From the NCBI GenBank assembly GCA_038106515.1, contig JAYODZ010000001.1, positions 1 to 52,288 on the forward strand: a DNA stretch of 52,288 nt, in the 5' to 3' direction. The notes below the pieces were generated by a model, which was given only the letters and a program-made list of their open reading frames with translations, ran no database searches and was not told the origin of the DNA. Within the stretch, counting starts at the first letter, position 1; the number at the start of each line of letters is the position of its first letter. Positions 30,611-41,609 of this stretch are shown here, in pieces. Source of the DNA: Rhodobiaceae bacterium (GTDB lineage: Bacteria; Pseudomonadota; Alphaproteobacteria; RS24). A program made the translations under genes and the position numbers.

Positions 30611-32943
30611 TAATGTTTGCCCGCGAGCACTTCACGCTTGCCAGCGTGGTTAGGTGCGCTGATGACGCCCTGCTCTTCCATTTCTTCAATCAACCGTGCC
30701 GCGCGATTATAGCCGATCTGCAGGCGACGCTGGACATAGCTGGTCGAGGCGCGGCCATCGCGGGTGACAATCGCCACTGCTTGGTCGTAGAGGCTATCAC
30801 CACTCTCGCCGCCGCCTTCGGCGATGGCGTCTTCCTCGGGGGCTTCGGTCACGCTCTCAATATATTCGGGCACGCCCTGCTTTTTCAAAAAGGCGACAAC
30901 TTTTTCGACCTCTTCATCGGAGACAAAGGGTCCGTGCACACGTTGCAAGCGCCCCGCCCCGCCCATAAACAGCATATCCCCTTGCCCGAGCAATTGTTCA
31001 GCGCCTTGCTCGCCGAGCACGGTGCGGCTGTCAATTCGCGAGGTCACTTGAAACGAAATTCGGCTCGGGAAATTGGCTTTAATCGTACCGGTGATGACGT
31101 CAACCGAAGGACGCTGGGTGGCGGTGATGAGGTGCACGCCGGCGGCACGAGCCATTTGCGCTAGCCGTTGCACCGCGCCCTCAATTTCTTTCCCCGCCAC
31201 CATCATCAGATCGGCCATCTCGTCGATCACGACAATAATAAAGGGTAAGGTCTCGGGCGCGATTTCCTGCTCTTCAAAAATTGCCTCACCGGTATTGTGG
31301 TCAAAGCCGGTTTGCACACGGCGCGTTAATGTCTCTTTGCGGGCAATGGCCTCGCGCATACGCTCATTATAACCCTCGATATTCCGCACCCCAATTTTAG
31401 ACATTTTGCGGTAGCGGTTTTCCATTTCCTTAACCACCCATTTCAGGGCAACAACGGCCTTTTTCGGCTCGGTCACCACCGGGGCGAGCAAATGCGGGAT
31501 ACCGTCATAGACCGAGAGTTCGAGCATTTTGGGGTCGACCAAAATCAAGCGGCAATCCTGCGGCGTCATACGATACAGGATCGATAAGATCATCGTGTTG
31601 ATGCCGACAGACTTACCCGAGCCGGTGGTGCCTGCGACCAACAAATGGGGCATTTTGGCGAGATCGGCTAAGGCGGGCGCGCCGCCTATGTCTTTGCCGA
31701 GGGCGATGGTCAGGCGTGACTTGCTTTTTTCAAAATCCGCACTGGCAAGCAATTCGCGCAACGACACAAGCTCGCGCGTTTGATTGGGCAACTCAATGCC
31801 GATAGCGTTGGCGCCTGGCACCGGTGCGACACGACAGGCGATTGCACTCATCGAGCGGGCAATGTCATCGGCCAGCCCGACCACGCGGGAGGAGCGGACG
31901 CCGGCGGCGGGTTCAAATTCATACAAGGTGACGACGGGCCCTGGGCGGACATTGCTGATCGAGCCCTTGACGCCAAATTCAGCCAAGACATTTTCCAGCA
32001 TATGCGCATTCGCCTCAAGGCCGCTTTTGTCGAGTTGGCTGGTGTTGCGGATGCGATGTTGGGTCAGCAAGCTCAAGGGCGGCAGCTTGAAATTTTGATC
32101 GGCGTCAAAGCGCAAGCTCGGCTGTGCCTCGCGGCTCATGCGGTTGCCCGGTTTAAGCTGCGCGTGTTTTTCCGCCACTGCAACACGGGCGCGCGGAGAC
32201 GCATCGTCTTCGAAATTGGCTTGGTCATCTGCGTCGGGCGTTTCGTCGAAGTCGTCCTCAAACCTGTCGACGATGGGATCCTCGTCCCCGTCCATTGTCT
32301 CGCGGCGGCGCGGTCGTAAACGCCAACCCCATATTGCGGCGGCACTGATGGCGCGAGGCGCTTTCGCGATGATGGCAATGACCCGCTGTAGCCAGGCGGC
32401 GGCAAACAGCGATAAGGCGATGGCGGGCGCCCCCAAAAGTAAAGCGATCACAATATCGGCGGTGGCGCCGGCACTATCAACCGGCAGATAAGACGCGCCG
32501 AGCATAATCACCTCGGCAAGCGACTGGCCAATAAAGCCACCCGCTTGGGCGCCATCATTCGGCTGGCCAAAAGGCCATAACGCTACGGCAGCGGCGAGGC
32601 CAATGGGCGCCAACCCCATGGCGAGGCCGCGCCAAACCCGTCGGTCAATGGCGACATGTCGTAATCGCCTTAGGCCAAAGGCAATGATAGCGGGCAAAAA
32701 AGCGAGGAAGGCCCAGCCAAAGCTTTGCAAGATCAGATCACTGGCATAGGCGCCCGTAAGCCCTAGCCAATTGCGTGGCTCACTATTGCTCGCAACATTC
32801 CAGCTCGGGTCGAACGGGCTGTAGCTCACCATGGCAAGCAGTATGGCGCCGGCCAACGCGATCGCGATGACCCCACCGGCCTCAATCATGCGCAACCGCA
32901 ACCAAGCGCGAAGCCGTTCAACAGTGTTACGCCAACGGCTCAT
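30610..32943 (-). CDS. ftsK: DNA translocase FtsK
   Basis: N-terminal TM helices, [11 protein letters not shown] Walker A and a C-terminal gamma winged helix [24 protein letters not shown]. Confidence 0.96.
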   Translation of the reverse strand: MSRWRNTVERLRAWLRLRMIEAGGVIAIALAGAILLAMVSYSPFDPSWNVASNSEPRNWLGLTGAYASDLILQSFGWAFLAFLPAIIAFGLRRLRHVAIDRRVWRGLAMGLAPIGLAAAVALWPFGQPNDGAQAGGFIGQSLAEVIMLGASYLPVDSAGATADIVIALLLGAPAIALSLFAAAWLQRVIAIIAKAPRAISAAAIWGWRLRPRRRETMDGDEDPIVDRFEDDFDETPDADDQANFEDDASPRARVAVAEKHAQLKPGNRMSREAQPSLRFDADQNFKLPPLSLLTQHRIRNTSQLDKSGLEANAHMLENVLAEFGVKGSISNVRPGPVVTLYEFEPAAGVRSSRVVGLADDIARSMSAIACRVAPVPGANAIGIELPNQTRELVSLRELLASADFEKSKSRLTIALGKDIGGAPALADLAKMPHLLVAGTTGSGKSVGINTMILSILYRMTPQDCRLILVDPKMLELSVYDGIPHLLAPVVTEPKKAVVALKWVVKEMENRYRKMSKIGVRNIEGYNERMREAIARKETLTRRVQTGFDHNTGEAIFEEQEIAPETLPFIIVVIDEMADLMMVAGKEIEGAVQRLAQMARAAGVHLITATQRPSVDVITGTIKANFPSRISFQVTSRIDSRTVLGEQGAEQLLGQGDMLFMGGAGRLQRVHGPFVSDEEVEKVVAFLKKQGVPEYIESVTEAPEEDAIAEGGGESGDSLYDQAVAIVTRDGRASTSYVQRRLQIGYNRAARLIEEMEEQGVISAPNHAGKREVLAGKH

Positions 32944-34190
32944 GCGGCCCCCTGTTGCCGTTCAAACCCGTCCAGGCCCTCGACCAAGCGCGATAGCGCC
33001 TCTTCGGTTTCGTCGCGACTGCCGACTAAGGCGACGCGAATATAGGCGTTGCTGTCAGCACCATCATCGGCCCGCGCGAGATACGCGCCAGGCAAAACTT
33101 TCACCCCTTGACTTTGCCACAAATGCCGCGTCGCCGCCTCGCCATCGCCGACATCGAGCCAGAGAAAGAAACCGCCGGGCGGCCGATAAAAACCAAACCG
33201 ATTGCCGAGAATGCGCTCGGCCATATCGAATTTTTCTTGATACAGCTCTCGGTTTTGCGCGACATGGGTGTCATCGGCCCAAGCCGCCGCCGCCGCCGCT
33301 TGCGTTGCGAGCGGGCTTTGCGGACCCGCGACTTGTCGCAATTTAGCAAAGGCCAGCATCGCCTCGCGACCGCCGGCGCAAAAACCGGAACGCAAGCCCG
33401 GTAAGTTGGATCGCTTTGAAAGCGAGTGGAACGCCAGCACGGGTGCGCGATCGATTTCGTTGGGTTGGATCACTTCGAGGACCGAAGGCGGCGGTGATGC
33501 CTCGCAGTCGCGATCATAAATTTCGCTATAGCATTCATCGACTAGCAATAGAAAATTATATTCGATCGCGGCGTCCAGCAACCGCCGGAGATAAGCGCGA
33601 TCGGCCACGGCACCTTGCGGGTTGGCAGGAGAGCAAAAATACACCGCCTGACAGCGGCTCAGAACTTGCGCATCGAGCTGATCGAGCGCAGGGAGAAAGC
33701 CGGTTGCCTGTGAGGTGGGGAGATAAAAAGGCTTGGCGCCGCTGGCAATCGCGGCGGCGGCATAAACTTGGTAAAATGGGTTCGGCATGGCCATCAGGCC
33801 AGCAGGTTTTTGTGGCGCAATTTGGGCCGCCAAAAACAGTCCTTCGCGGGTGCCATTGAGCGGCAAAATTTGCTCGTTGACATCGAGCAAGGCTGGATCG
33901 AGCTTGAAACGCCGTTGCAACCAGCCGTAAATGGCTTGCCGCAAATCGGCCGTGCCTGGAATTGGCGGATATTGAGCGTAACTTGCCAAGGCGGGCGGGC
34001 TGCTCAAGGTCTCGAGCACAAAAGCCGGTGGCGCATGCCTTGGTTCGCCAATCGCCATCGAGATTTCGCTCTTGCCTGGCGCAATTCCATCGAGCAATTG
34101 TCGCAGGCGTGCAAAGGGTGACTGTGGAAGCGCTGCAAACCGCCCGCCGATCGAATTTTCTGCCACCTTGACCTCGCCCATTTGGCCCAC
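32940..34190 (-). CDS. Class I/II PLP-dependent aminotransferase (DapC-like)
   Basis: [17 protein letters not shown]-Lys motif, 416 aa, ATGA overlap with the ftsK start. Confidence 0.85.
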   Translation of the reverse strand: MGQMGEVKVAENSIGGRFAALPQSPFARLRQLLDGIAPGKSEISMAIGEPRHAPPAFVLETLSSPPALASYAQYPPIPGTADLRQAIYGWLQRRFKLDPALLDVNEQILPLNGTREGLFLAAQIAPQKPAGLMAMPNPFYQVYAAAAIASGAKPFYLPTSQATGFLPALDQLDAQVLSRCQAVYFCSPANPQGAVADRAYLRRLLDAAIEYNFLLLVDECYSEIYDRDCEASPPPSVLEVIQPNEIDRAPVLAFHSLSKRSNLPGLRSGFCAGGREAMLAFAKLRQVAGPQSPLATQAAAAAAWADDTHVAQNRELYQEKFDMAERILGNRFGFYRPPGGFFLWLDVGDGEAATRHLWQSQGVKVLPGAYLARADDGADSNAYIRVALVGSRDETEEALSRLVEGLDGFERQQGAA

Positions 34191-34263
34191 CGCGAGATAC
34201 GGCTGCGGCCTTAATCACGCCAGAATAGCGCAGTTCTTATGGGCGGGTCAAAGCCTAGCCGCG

Positions 34264-35472
34264 TTAAAGCATTGAGGTTTCAGGTTCAGCGGCAATTTTA
34301 TGGATGGCAAGGTCGGCGCCACGATACTCGTCTTCTTCGTGTAGCCGAATGCCGACCAGCATTTTAAGGCCGCCATAGATGATGCCGCCGGCGATGATGG
34401 CAATAACAATGCCCATCAGTGTGCCGAGGATTTGGCTCATCAGGCTGACGCCGCCAAGGCCGCCCATGCTTTCGAGGCCAAAAATACCGGCGGCGATACC
34501 GCCCCAAGCGCCGGCCAGACCATGCAAAGGCCAAACGCCCAGCACGTCGTCTATTTTCATTTTTTCCTGACAAATATGGAACATATAGACAAACAGAACG
34601 CCAGCAACGCCGCCCGTCACAAGCGCCCCCAGCGGATGCATGATGTCGGAGCCGGCGCAGACGGCAACCAAGCCCGCCAAAGCACCATTATGAACAAAGC
34701 CAGGGTCGAAGCGGCCGACAAAGAGCGCGGCCAAGATGCCGCCGACCATCGCCAGCAAGGAATTAACGGCAACCAAGCCAGATACGCTCTCGAGCGACTG
34801 CGCGCTGACAACATTAAAGCCGAACCAGCCAATGCACAAAAGCCACGAGCCAAGCGCTAGCCACGGGATGGATGACGGCGGAAAAGCGCGGCCTTTGGGA
34901 CCATAACGGCCAGCGCGCGCGCCGAGAAACCAAACCGCCATCAGCGCCACCCAGCCGCCAAAGGCATGCACAACAACGGAGCCAGCAAAATCGTGGAATT
35001 TAGCGCCAAAATTGGCTTCTAAATAAGCCTGCACGCCGAAATTACCGTTCCAAACCAGCCCTTCGAGGAAGGGGTAAGCAAGCCCAACCAACACCGCTGA
35101 GGCCGCTAATTGCGGGCCGAACCTGGCCCGTTCGGCAATGCCACCCGAGATAATTGCCGGAATGGCGGCGGCAAAGGTCAGGAGGAAAAAGAATTTGATC
35201 AGCGTCAGCCCCTGCGCATCGAAGCCCTCGCCGCCACCGCTGATGACGGCGGCATTGGCATAAAAATCAACGCCGTAAGCCACGAAATAACCAACAGCAA
35301 AATAGGCAATGGTCGAAATTCCGAAATCGGAGAGAATTTTTACCAGCGCATTGACCTGATTTTTGCGTCGGACCGTGCCAACTTCAAGAAAAGCAAAGCC
35401 GGCATGCATAGCAAACACCAGAATTGCACCCATCAAAATGAAAAAGACGTCGCCGCCCGTTACCGTGGACAT
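34264..35472 (-). CDS. amtB: Ammonium transporter
   Basis: 402 aa polytopic protein with AGFAFLEVG, VHAFGGW and DDVLGVWPLHGLAGAWGG motifs. Confidence 0.95.
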   Translation of the reverse strand: MSTVTGGDVFFILMGAILVFAMHAGFAFLEVGTVRRKNQVNALVKILSDFGISTIAYFAVGYFVAYGVDFYANAAVISGGGEGFDAQGLTLIKFFFLLTFAAAIPAIISGGIAERARFGPQLAASAVLVGLAYPFLEGLVWNGNFGVQAYLEANFGAKFHDFAGSVVVHAFGGWVALMAVWFLGARAGRYGPKGRAFPPSSIPWLALGSWLLCIGWFGFNVVSAQSLESVSGLVAVNSLLAMVGGILAALFVGRFDPGFVHNGALAGLVAVCAGSDIMHPLGALVTGGVAGVLFVYMFHICQEKMKIDDVLGVWPLHGLAGAWGGIAAGIFGLESMGGLGGVSLMSQILGTLMGIVIAIIAGGIIYGGLKMLVGIRLHEEDEYRGADLAIHKIAAEPETSML

Positions 35473-35694
35473 AATTACCCCCTTTGGTTGCGACCATCTT
35501 ATACAGAAACCATGCCGATCAGAAACATATGGCGGCTGGGGGTGTTTGGTGTCAGCCAGGCGCTTTCGCCTAATAAATGGGCGGCCACGATTTGGCGCTT
35601 GCCTAATTTTAAGGCATTAGATGGGCCGATGCCACAGCTTGCCGCCCTTGAGCGGCTTGGTTATAGTCCAGCCAAGCTGGCGGAGCCTATCACG

Positions 35695-36888
35695 ATGCAA
35701 AAAAACTGGACGGGCGATATTGTTGTGACGGGTCATGGCGTATCCGCCATTGTCACGGCGCTGGCCCTGTCGGCGTCTGGTTTTCAGGTCGCCTTGGCTG
35801 GCCGTATTGAGATCCTTGCGCCGCAAAATGACGATCAATTATGGCAGTCAGTGGTCGCGTTGAGCGCCAGCGCCAAGGCGCTTTTGGCGCGGCTTGGGGT
35901 GCTAGATCATCTCGCGCATGCGCCGAACCCAATTTGGCGGATGGCGCTGACGGTACCCGACGCAGAAGCCGATGCCGCAAATTTTGCCGCCGACCAGCAG
36001 GCTGGCGATGCGGCCTTGGCCTATGTTTTTAGTCGCGCCGATTTGGCGCAGGCCTGCGCCGCGACATTACGCGCCAGCCCAGCTATTTTTTGCTGTGATG
36101 GTTTGGCGTCTTGGTCAAATGGCGTCGGAGAGATTGAAGCCGAAGGCGGAGTGTTGCGGGCCGCATTCTGTGTTGACGCTGTTGGCCGTGGTTCGCATTT
36201 GCGCGCCGCCGCAGGCATCGACACCCTCGAACATGCTTATGATCAAGCCGCTCTCGTCTGTTACCTCGATCTGGTGGCGCCGCATGATCATGAGGCCGTG
36301 CAAGTTTTTACCGGCTTCGGCCCGCTTGCCTTGTTGCCGCTGCCTGCGCCGCATCGCGTTGCCTTGGTCTGGTCGTTGGCGCGGGCTCAAGCCGAGGCGT
36401 TGAAAGCCGTCGAGGCGCCCTTATTGCAACAAATGATTTACGAACAAAGCGGTGTTGCCGTTAGCGCTATTGGCACGCGCGCGCTACAACCCTTGAGCAG
36501 TCTCTTGGCCAGCCAATTTCATCGTCAGGATTTGGTTCTACTGGGTGAGAGCGCCCATGTTGTTCATCCGCTTGCAGGACAAGGCCTGAATTTAACCTTG
36601 CGAGATAGCGCCAGTCTGGCTTTTCATGCCGCGCGCGCGCGCGATCTCGGTCTATCGCCAACAGCCCTAATGGCCGATTACGGCCGCGAGCGACGGGCCG
36701 ATGCGGCAACGATGTTGGCGCTGACGCACCTGATTAGCGCGCGCTTTACGCAAGAAGTGGTCGCGCAGGCGGCGCTTGCGAGCGCCGGTCATTTAGCGCA
36801 GGGCGACCCGCGCTTTGCCAATTTAATTCTCGAGCTTGCCGATCACGGTGTCAGCGCTCCGCCACCGCTCATGCGAGCGACGATTTAA
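35695..36888 (+). CDS. UbiH/UbiF/VisC/COQ6-family FAD-dependent monooxygenase
   Basis: [18 protein letters not shown] dinucleotide fold and [17 protein letters not shown] motif. The ORF-track start at 35110 lies antisense inside amtB and I reject it. The start is either 35695 or 35629. Confidence 0.85.
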   Translation: MQKNWTGDIVVTGHGVSAIVTALALSASGFQVALAGRIEILAPQNDDQLWQSVVALSASAKALLARLGVLDHLAHAPNPIWRMALTVPDAEADAANFAADQQAGDAALAYVFSRADLAQACAATLRASPAIFCCDGLASWSNGVGEIEAEGGVLRAAFCVDAVGRGSHLRAAAGIDTLEHAYDQAALVCYLDLVAPHDHEAVQVFTGFGPLALLPLPAPHRVALVWSLARAQAEALKAVEAPLLQQMIYEQSGVAVSAIGTRALQPLSSLLASQFHRQDLVLLGESAHVVHPLAGQGLNLTLRDSASLAFHAARARDLGLSPTALMADYGRERRADAATMLALTHLISARFTQEVVAQAALASAGHLAQGDPRFANLILELADHGVSAPPPLMRATI

Positions 36889-37064
36889 TCGATCGCGCGC
36901 GCCTCTTCGACCAGTAAAATAGGGATGCCATCGCGCACCGGAAAAGCGAGCTTCGCGGCTTTCGAGACCAATTCCTGCTTAGCTTTGTCGTAGCGCATGG
37001 GGCTGTGGGAGACAGGGCAGACTAGAAACTCGAGTAGGTTTTCATCGAAACTGTAATTGTTCAT
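36885..37064 (-). CDS. Trm112/UPF0434 (YcaR-like) small protein, 59 aa, missed by the ORF track
   Basis: My translation is [67 protein letters not shown] and [11 protein letters not shown] are the family hallmarks. Confidence 0.8.
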   Translation of the reverse strand: MNNYSFDENLLEFLVCPVSHSPMRYDKAKQELVSKAAKLAFPVRDGIPILLVEEARAID

Positions 37065-37091
37065 CTTTATTACGACCTCGCCCGAGGCTGA

Positions 37092-37745
37092 CTATTGCAT
37101 GGCATTATCATTATCGCCGGAGCCGTCGCCTTGCGCCAGGGCCATTTCGGTGAGGGCGATTAAAATTTCATTACGCTCCGATAGGCTCGTTGCCTCGAGC
37201 AAAGCTTGCTTTTCGCGCGGGCCATAAGGACTGATCATGGATAAAGAGTTAACCAGCGTTTCATTTGACGCATTGTTAATCGAGTCCCAATCGACCGATA
37301 AGCCAGTGGCGTCGAGATATTGCTGAAGCACATCGAGCAACGCATCGCGTCGAACATCGAGCGCCCCTGCATCAGCCGTCAGGTCATCGGCAAAGGGCTG
37401 ATACTCGACCTGAAGTTGCCGATAGGGCGTGGTAACGGGCATTTCATTGGCGATCCGAAAGCGGCATATGCCCGTCACGGAGATGATCATGCGCCCGTCT
37501 TCGGTTTCGCTGAAAGAGGTGATGCGCCCCAGACAGCCAACATTTTGTAAAGCATCGCTATCATTGAGAGGCTGAATAATACCCAAATAGCGGCCACGGC
37601 TGAAAGCATCTTCCAGCATTTGTAAATAGCGTGGCTCGAAGACATTCAAGGGCAGCTGCCCCCGCGGCAAGAGCAAGGCGCCGCTCAGCGGAAAGACGGG
37701 GATTTTTATCGGCAGATCACCCAGGGTTAAGGTTTTTGCAGCCAT
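37092..37745 (-). CDS. LON substrate-binding (LON N-terminal) domain protein
   Basis: IPVFPLSGALLLPRGQLPLNVFEPRYLQML. The ATG at 37745 lies just downstream of the upstream gene stop at 37753-37755. Confidence 0.85.
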   Translation of the reverse strand: MAAKTLTLGDLPIKIPVFPLSGALLLPRGQLPLNVFEPRYLQMLEDAFSRGRYLGIIQPLNDSDALQNVGCLGRITSFSETEDGRMIISVTGICRFRIANEMPVTTPYRQLQVEYQPFADDLTADAGALDVRRDALLDVLQQYLDATGLSVDWDSINNASNETLVNSLSMISPYGPREKQALLEATSLSERNEILIALTEMALAQGDGSGDNDNAMQ

Positions 37746-37752
37746 GTCGTCC

Positions 37753-38664
37753 TCAGGCGAATAACAGGCTAGAGAGTTGTTTGCGGCCTTCAATGGCCAC
37801 GGGATCGTCAAAGCCATAGGCTTGAAACAGGGTTAGCAATTGTTGCCGCGCCGCATCCTCATTCCAATCGCGTTTGCGCGAAATGATCTCGAGTAAGGCG
37901 GCCACAGCGGCTTCTTTTTGGCCAGCGGCCTGATAGGCCATCGCGAGATCGTAACGCGCTTGGTGATCTTCGGGGCGCGCCGCTACTTGTGCTTCGAGGG
38001 CGTCAATGTCGCTGCTCGCCTCGCCCGATTGTTTAATCAAGGCGAGCGCCGCTAGGGCGCCGGCTATTGGCTCGCGGTCACGCTCGAGCTCGGGGACGGT
38101 ATGTAAAATCTGTTCGGCTTGCTCGGTCTGCCCCGTGGCCAGAAAGCATTGCGCGAGACCTGCTAGGGCGGCGCGATCATCGGCATTAAATTGCAATAAT
38201 TGACCATAAAGCTGAGCCGCTTGCGCGAAATCCTGCGTCGCAAAAGCAGCCTCGGCGGCGTCGCGCACCTCGTCTTCGGGCGCCTGTCCGACGTGATCAC
38301 CGAGATGGCGTTCGACAAATTGCATCACCTGACTTTCCGGCAGCGCGCCCATAAAGCCGTCGACGGGCTGTCCATTTTTAAAGGCAAAAACGGCTGGAAT
38401 AGATTGCACCTGCAATTGCTGGGCAACGGCGGGCTCTTCATCAATATTCATCTTGGCAAGCCGCACGGCGCCCTTGCTGGCGCGCACGACTTTTTCAAGT
38501 ACGGGGGTTAATTGTTTACAAGGGCCACACCATGGCGCCCACAGGTCGAGTAAGACCAACTGGCTTTTTGATGCCTCGATCACGTCTTGCATAAAACTTT
38601 GCGTTGTTACGTCAATAATATCAGCCCCGGCCTCTGCCGCTTGCTGTGTCAAATCGATCTCCAC
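37753..38664 (-). CDS. Thioredoxin-domain plus TPR co-chaperone (YbbN/CnoX-like)
   Basis: DLWAPWCGPCKQL thioredoxin motif followed by a TPR-like helical repeat region, 303 aa. Confidence 0.88.
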   Translation of the reverse strand: MEIDLTQQAAEAGADIIDVTTQSFMQDVIEASKSQLVLLDLWAPWCGPCKQLTPVLEKVVRASKGAVRLAKMNIDEEPAVAQQLQVQSIPAVFAFKNGQPVDGFMGALPESQVMQFVERHLGDHVGQAPEDEVRDAAEAAFATQDFAQAAQLYGQLLQFNADDRAALAGLAQCFLATGQTEQAEQILHTVPELERDREPIAGALAALALIKQSGEASSDIDALEAQVAARPEDHQARYDLAMAYQAAGQKEAAVAALLEIISRKRDWNEDAARQQLLTLFQAYGFDDPVAIEGRKQLSSLLFA

Positions 38665-38825
38665 GGAACCCTCTTCGTCTCTAAAGTCTCGCCCTTAACC
38701 CCCTACATGGGGTTTTTCGCGATAAATTTCCAGTCCCTCGAGCTTAGCGCAAATTACACTTGTCAAAAAGTCATGGGTGGTGCATAACCCCTTTCTTACC
38801 TGCTGCCCGTCGGCAGTAGCGCCGA

Positions 38826-38900
38826 GCGGGCGTAGCTCAGGGGTAGAGCACAACCTTGCCAAGGTTGGGGTCGTGAGTTCGAATCTCATCGCCCGCTCCA
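38826..38900 (+). tRNA. tRNA-Gly (anticodon GCC), CCA encoded
   Basis: Cloverleaf folded by hand. Acceptor GCGGGCG/CGCCCGC, D stem GCTC/GAGC, anticodon stem CAACC/GGTTG with loop TTGCCAA, T stem GTGAG/CTCAT with loop TTCGAAT, discriminator T and CCA. Confidence 0.95.
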
Positions 38901-39137
38901 ATTTCCTTAATATTCCAAGTCTCTAACATAAGCCGAGCCTGGCTTGCGCCTTGGCGAAAAAGTCCCAAGGTTAAGGGGGCTTTACCGCGGCATTGATGTA
39001 CTATTAGTATAACATTTCGATGCTTCTGTTTGGCGGTCTCAAACTGGCGCTCAGATCATAAAGGCGATCGGCTTGGCTTCACGCGGTGATGGAGATGAAC
39101 ATTCGATGAAATTGAACTTGTTGGTTGGGGGTGAGCT

Positions 39138-40313
39138 ATGGATGGGAAGTTAGGTCATAAGCTAGATTTAGATAAATCTTTTGATCAAATATCGAAAGAG
39201 CGTTTTGTCTCTTCTTTGCGAGCCTATGTGTTAAATGATCTGGCGAATGATATGCGCCAGCATTTTGATACGCATGTAGCCCCGCATAAAAACCTGACCA
39301 CTGGACCAGATGTTCATAAGGCGATGCGGGGAGAAGAGATTTTTACGCGTTACAGCAGCATTCGCTGTGCTGCCCAAGAGCTGGTTTGGCGATCTGTGAT
39401 TGACGAAGTTAATGATAATCGTGAATCTCTCAAGGCTAAGCTGGACGCTCTAGCGCAAAATGCGCAAGGCTCGTTATCGCTCAAATCGGATGCCAAGCTT
39501 CCCAAATATTACACGGCAATGGACGTACACCTCATGCCGGGAAATTATGAAGGACGTAGCGCTGAACCAGCGGGGCTCGCGGGGGCGGTTTACGACAACG
39601 GCTTTAATGTTTTTGCTTTTGGCGCCATGGGGCAGCAGCATAATGATATTGGCATGTCGATGGCCAATTTTATTCGGTTAAAATTTCCTGACATCTCTCC
39701 CAAAGTAATCGTCGATGCGGGGTGTACCATTGGCCACAACACATTGCCTTGGAAGCAGACCTTTCCCGAGGCAACCGTCTATGGTGTCGATTTGGCTGCA
39801 GAATGTTTACAATATGCACATGGCCGCGCAGAGGCTATGGCGATTGAGGCCCACTTCATTCAAACCGAGGCGCAGGATTTGCCTTTCGATGATGGTTCCG
39901 TCGACATTGTTTTCTCTTCGATGTTTCTCCACGAAATGCCAGTTAAAGAGATCCGCGCGTTTTTTACCGAAGCGTATCGGGTTTTGCGGCCGGGAGGGGT
40001 GCTGATCAACATGGAGTTGCCTCCTAATGACTCCCTCACGCCCTATGATGCTTTTTATCTCGATTGGGATAGTTACTACAATAACGAACCTTTCTACAAA
40101 ACTTTCCGAGATCTCGATTATCGAGAACTTTGTACGACGGGTGGGTTCCCGTCCGATGCTTTTTTTGAAGCCGTGATGCCGCGATATACCTATGTATCGG
40201 AAGAGGTCTTTGCCCAGGCGGTTGGTGCTGAAGCCAGCTTTGACGAGAATACTGGTCGCTTATCGGATGGCATTCAATGGTACGGATTTGGTTCGCAAAA
40301 AAGTAAAGAGTGA
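39138..40313 (+). CDS. Class I SAM-dependent methyltransferase with an N-terminal extension of about 185 aa of unknown function
   Basis: Motif I VIVDAGCTIGHNT at about residue 190, DIVFSSMFLHEM and LRPGGVLIN. I do not recognise the N-terminal region. Confidence 0.8.
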   Translation: MDGKLGHKLDLDKSFDQISKERFVSSLRAYVLNDLANDMRQHFDTHVAPHKNLTTGPDVHKAMRGEEIFTRYSSIRCAAQELVWRSVIDEVNDNRESLKAKLDALAQNAQGSLSLKSDAKLPKYYTAMDVHLMPGNYEGRSAEPAGLAGAVYDNGFNVFAFGAMGQQHNDIGMSMANFIRLKFPDISPKVIVDAGCTIGHNTLPWKQTFPEATVYGVDLAAECLQYAHGRAEAMAIEAHFIQTEAQDLPFDDGSVDIVFSSMFLHEMPVKEIRAFFTEAYRVLRPGGVLINMELPPNDSLTPYDAFYLDWDSYYNNEPFYKTFRDLDYRELCTTGGFPSDAFFEAVMPRYTYVSEEVFAQAVGAEASFDENTGRLSDGIQWYGFGSQKSKE

Positions 40314-40321
40314 TTTGTGGC

Positions 40322-40609
40322 ATGGCAGAGCATTTATCAAAAGAAGTGAGGGGTGGGCGCAAAGCTTTCTTTGCTAATGCCGAAACCGATAGTCTGCTGA
40401 CCATGTTGCTGGCCTTAATGTCAGAACATTCCGCCTTGCGCGAGCGCGTTGCCCTCTTGGAGGCGCGTTTGGGGGAAAAAAACATTATTGATCCAGCGGA
40501 TATGACCGCCAAGAATATCGGCTCGGACTTAAGCGAGGAACTCGCGGCCGACCGCATGCGCTTGATTAAAACGGTACTGGAGGCCGGCATAAATATCGAA
40601 AAAAACTAA
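40322..40609 (+). CDS. Small helical hypothetical protein (95 aa)
   Basis: ORF packed tightly between the methyltransferase and the membrane protein. It has a heptad-like stretch LLALMSEHSALRERVALLEARL. I recognise no family. Confidence 0.5.
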   Translation: MAEHLSKEVRGGRKAFFANAETDSLLTMLLALMSEHSALRERVALLEARLGEKNIIDPADMTAKNIGSDLSEELAADRMRLIKTVLEAGINIEKN

Positions 40610-40624
40610 ATTGGGGGAGAGGGC

Positions 40625-41287
40625 ATGGTGGACTGGCTTTATACAGCCTTATTATTGGCACACATTTTATTGCTTGTATTTTGGGTCGGCACAGACGTTG
40701 GCGTGTTTTTGGCCGCCAAATATTCGGAACGAGCCGATTTGAGCGCCGAGACGCGAAGCACCGTTTTGGCCGTCGGCATGGTTTTAGACCGATTGCCCCG
40801 ATCCGCCCTCGTCCTAATTATTCCGTCGGGTCTTTTATTGGCCGACCATGCGGGCGTTTTTAGCGTTTCGAAAACCTCTCTGCTCGGCATTTGTAGTCTG
40901 GCGGCTCTTTGGCTCGGCTTATTGTGGCGCGGATTTTTAGCCGAAGATCCGGTGCAGCAGGCGTTTTGCGCGCGGCTTAATCTTATTCTGAGCGGGCTCG
41001 CAGCCATTGGTGTTTGTGGCGTTTCAATCACTTTGTTGCTCCAAGACCAGATCGCGCTTTGGCTGGGTCTAAAGCTTCTTTTGGTTGGGGTTATTTTTGC
41101 CCTAGGTGTTTTGCTCGACATTCAATTCCGGCCAGCCGTGATCGCTTTTACGCAGCTCATGACCGAAGGCGCTTCAGATGATCGCAATCTTCGCTATAGT
41201 CGCGCCATAGCGCCCGTTTACTTGACGGTTTTATCAATTTATTTGCTCGCAATTATTGCCGCCGCGCTCGGCATTGCAAAACGCTAG
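40625..41287 (+). CDS. Polytopic membrane protein, uncharacterised (paralogue A)
   Basis: 220 aa with about 6 hydrophobic helices and an N-terminal AHILLLVFWVGTDVGV motif. It is clearly similar to the protein at 48785-49462. Confidence 0.7.
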   Translation: MVDWLYTALLLAHILLLVFWVGTDVGVFLAAKYSERADLSAETRSTVLAVGMVLDRLPRSALVLIIPSGLLLADHAGVFSVSKTSLLGICSLAALWLGLLWRGFLAEDPVQQAFCARLNLILSGLAAIGVCGVSITLLLQDQIALWLGLKLLLVGVIFALGVLLDIQFRPAVIAFTQLMTEGASDDRNLRYSRAIAPVYLTVLSIYLLAIIAAALGIAKR

Positions 41288-41297
41288 AGGGAAGAGA

Positions 41298-41606
41298 ATG
41301 ACGAAAATAATTGTCTTGTTTAATTTAAAACCAAATGTCTCCCGGCAAGAGTATGAGGCTTGGGCGCGGCAAACTGATTTGCCAATTGTCAGGGCATTGC
41401 CCGGCGTCGACAGCTTTGATGTCTTGCGAACAACGGGATTGCTGGGCGCCGATGCCTCGGCGCCATTTCAATACATCGAAATTCTCAATGTCGGTGACTT
41501 AGAGGCTTTTCAAGGCGCTGTCGCTAGCGAAACCATGCAACGTGTTGCGGACGAATTTCAAGCGCTAGCCGATAATCCAATATTTATAACGACCGAGGAT
41601 TTATAA
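41298..41606 (+). CDS. Small EthD/dimeric alpha-beta-barrel-like protein
   Basis: 102 aa, MTKIIVLFNLKPNVSRQEYEAWARQ...VDSF pattern. The ATG at 41298 is preceded by GAGGGAAGAG. Confidence 0.5.
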   Translation: MTKIIVLFNLKPNVSRQEYEAWARQTDLPIVRALPGVDSFDVLRTTGLLGADASAPFQYIEILNVGDLEAFQGAVASETMQRVADEFQALADNPIFITTEDL

Positions 41607-41609
41607 GTC

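Noticed and set aside
35110-35694. N-terminal 195 codons of the 592-aa ORF-track model for the UbiH-like gene
   Set aside because: This part lies antisense within amtB and in the intergenic spacer. The recognisable FAD fold begins right after the ATG at 35695, and a protein of about 397 aa fits the family.
35704-35760. Atypical dinucleotide-binding motif GHGVSA in the UbiH-like protein
   Set aside because: It still fits the relaxed GxGxxA/G pattern, and the downstream [10 protein letters not shown] motif is intact. There is no reason to call a pseudogene or a novel function.
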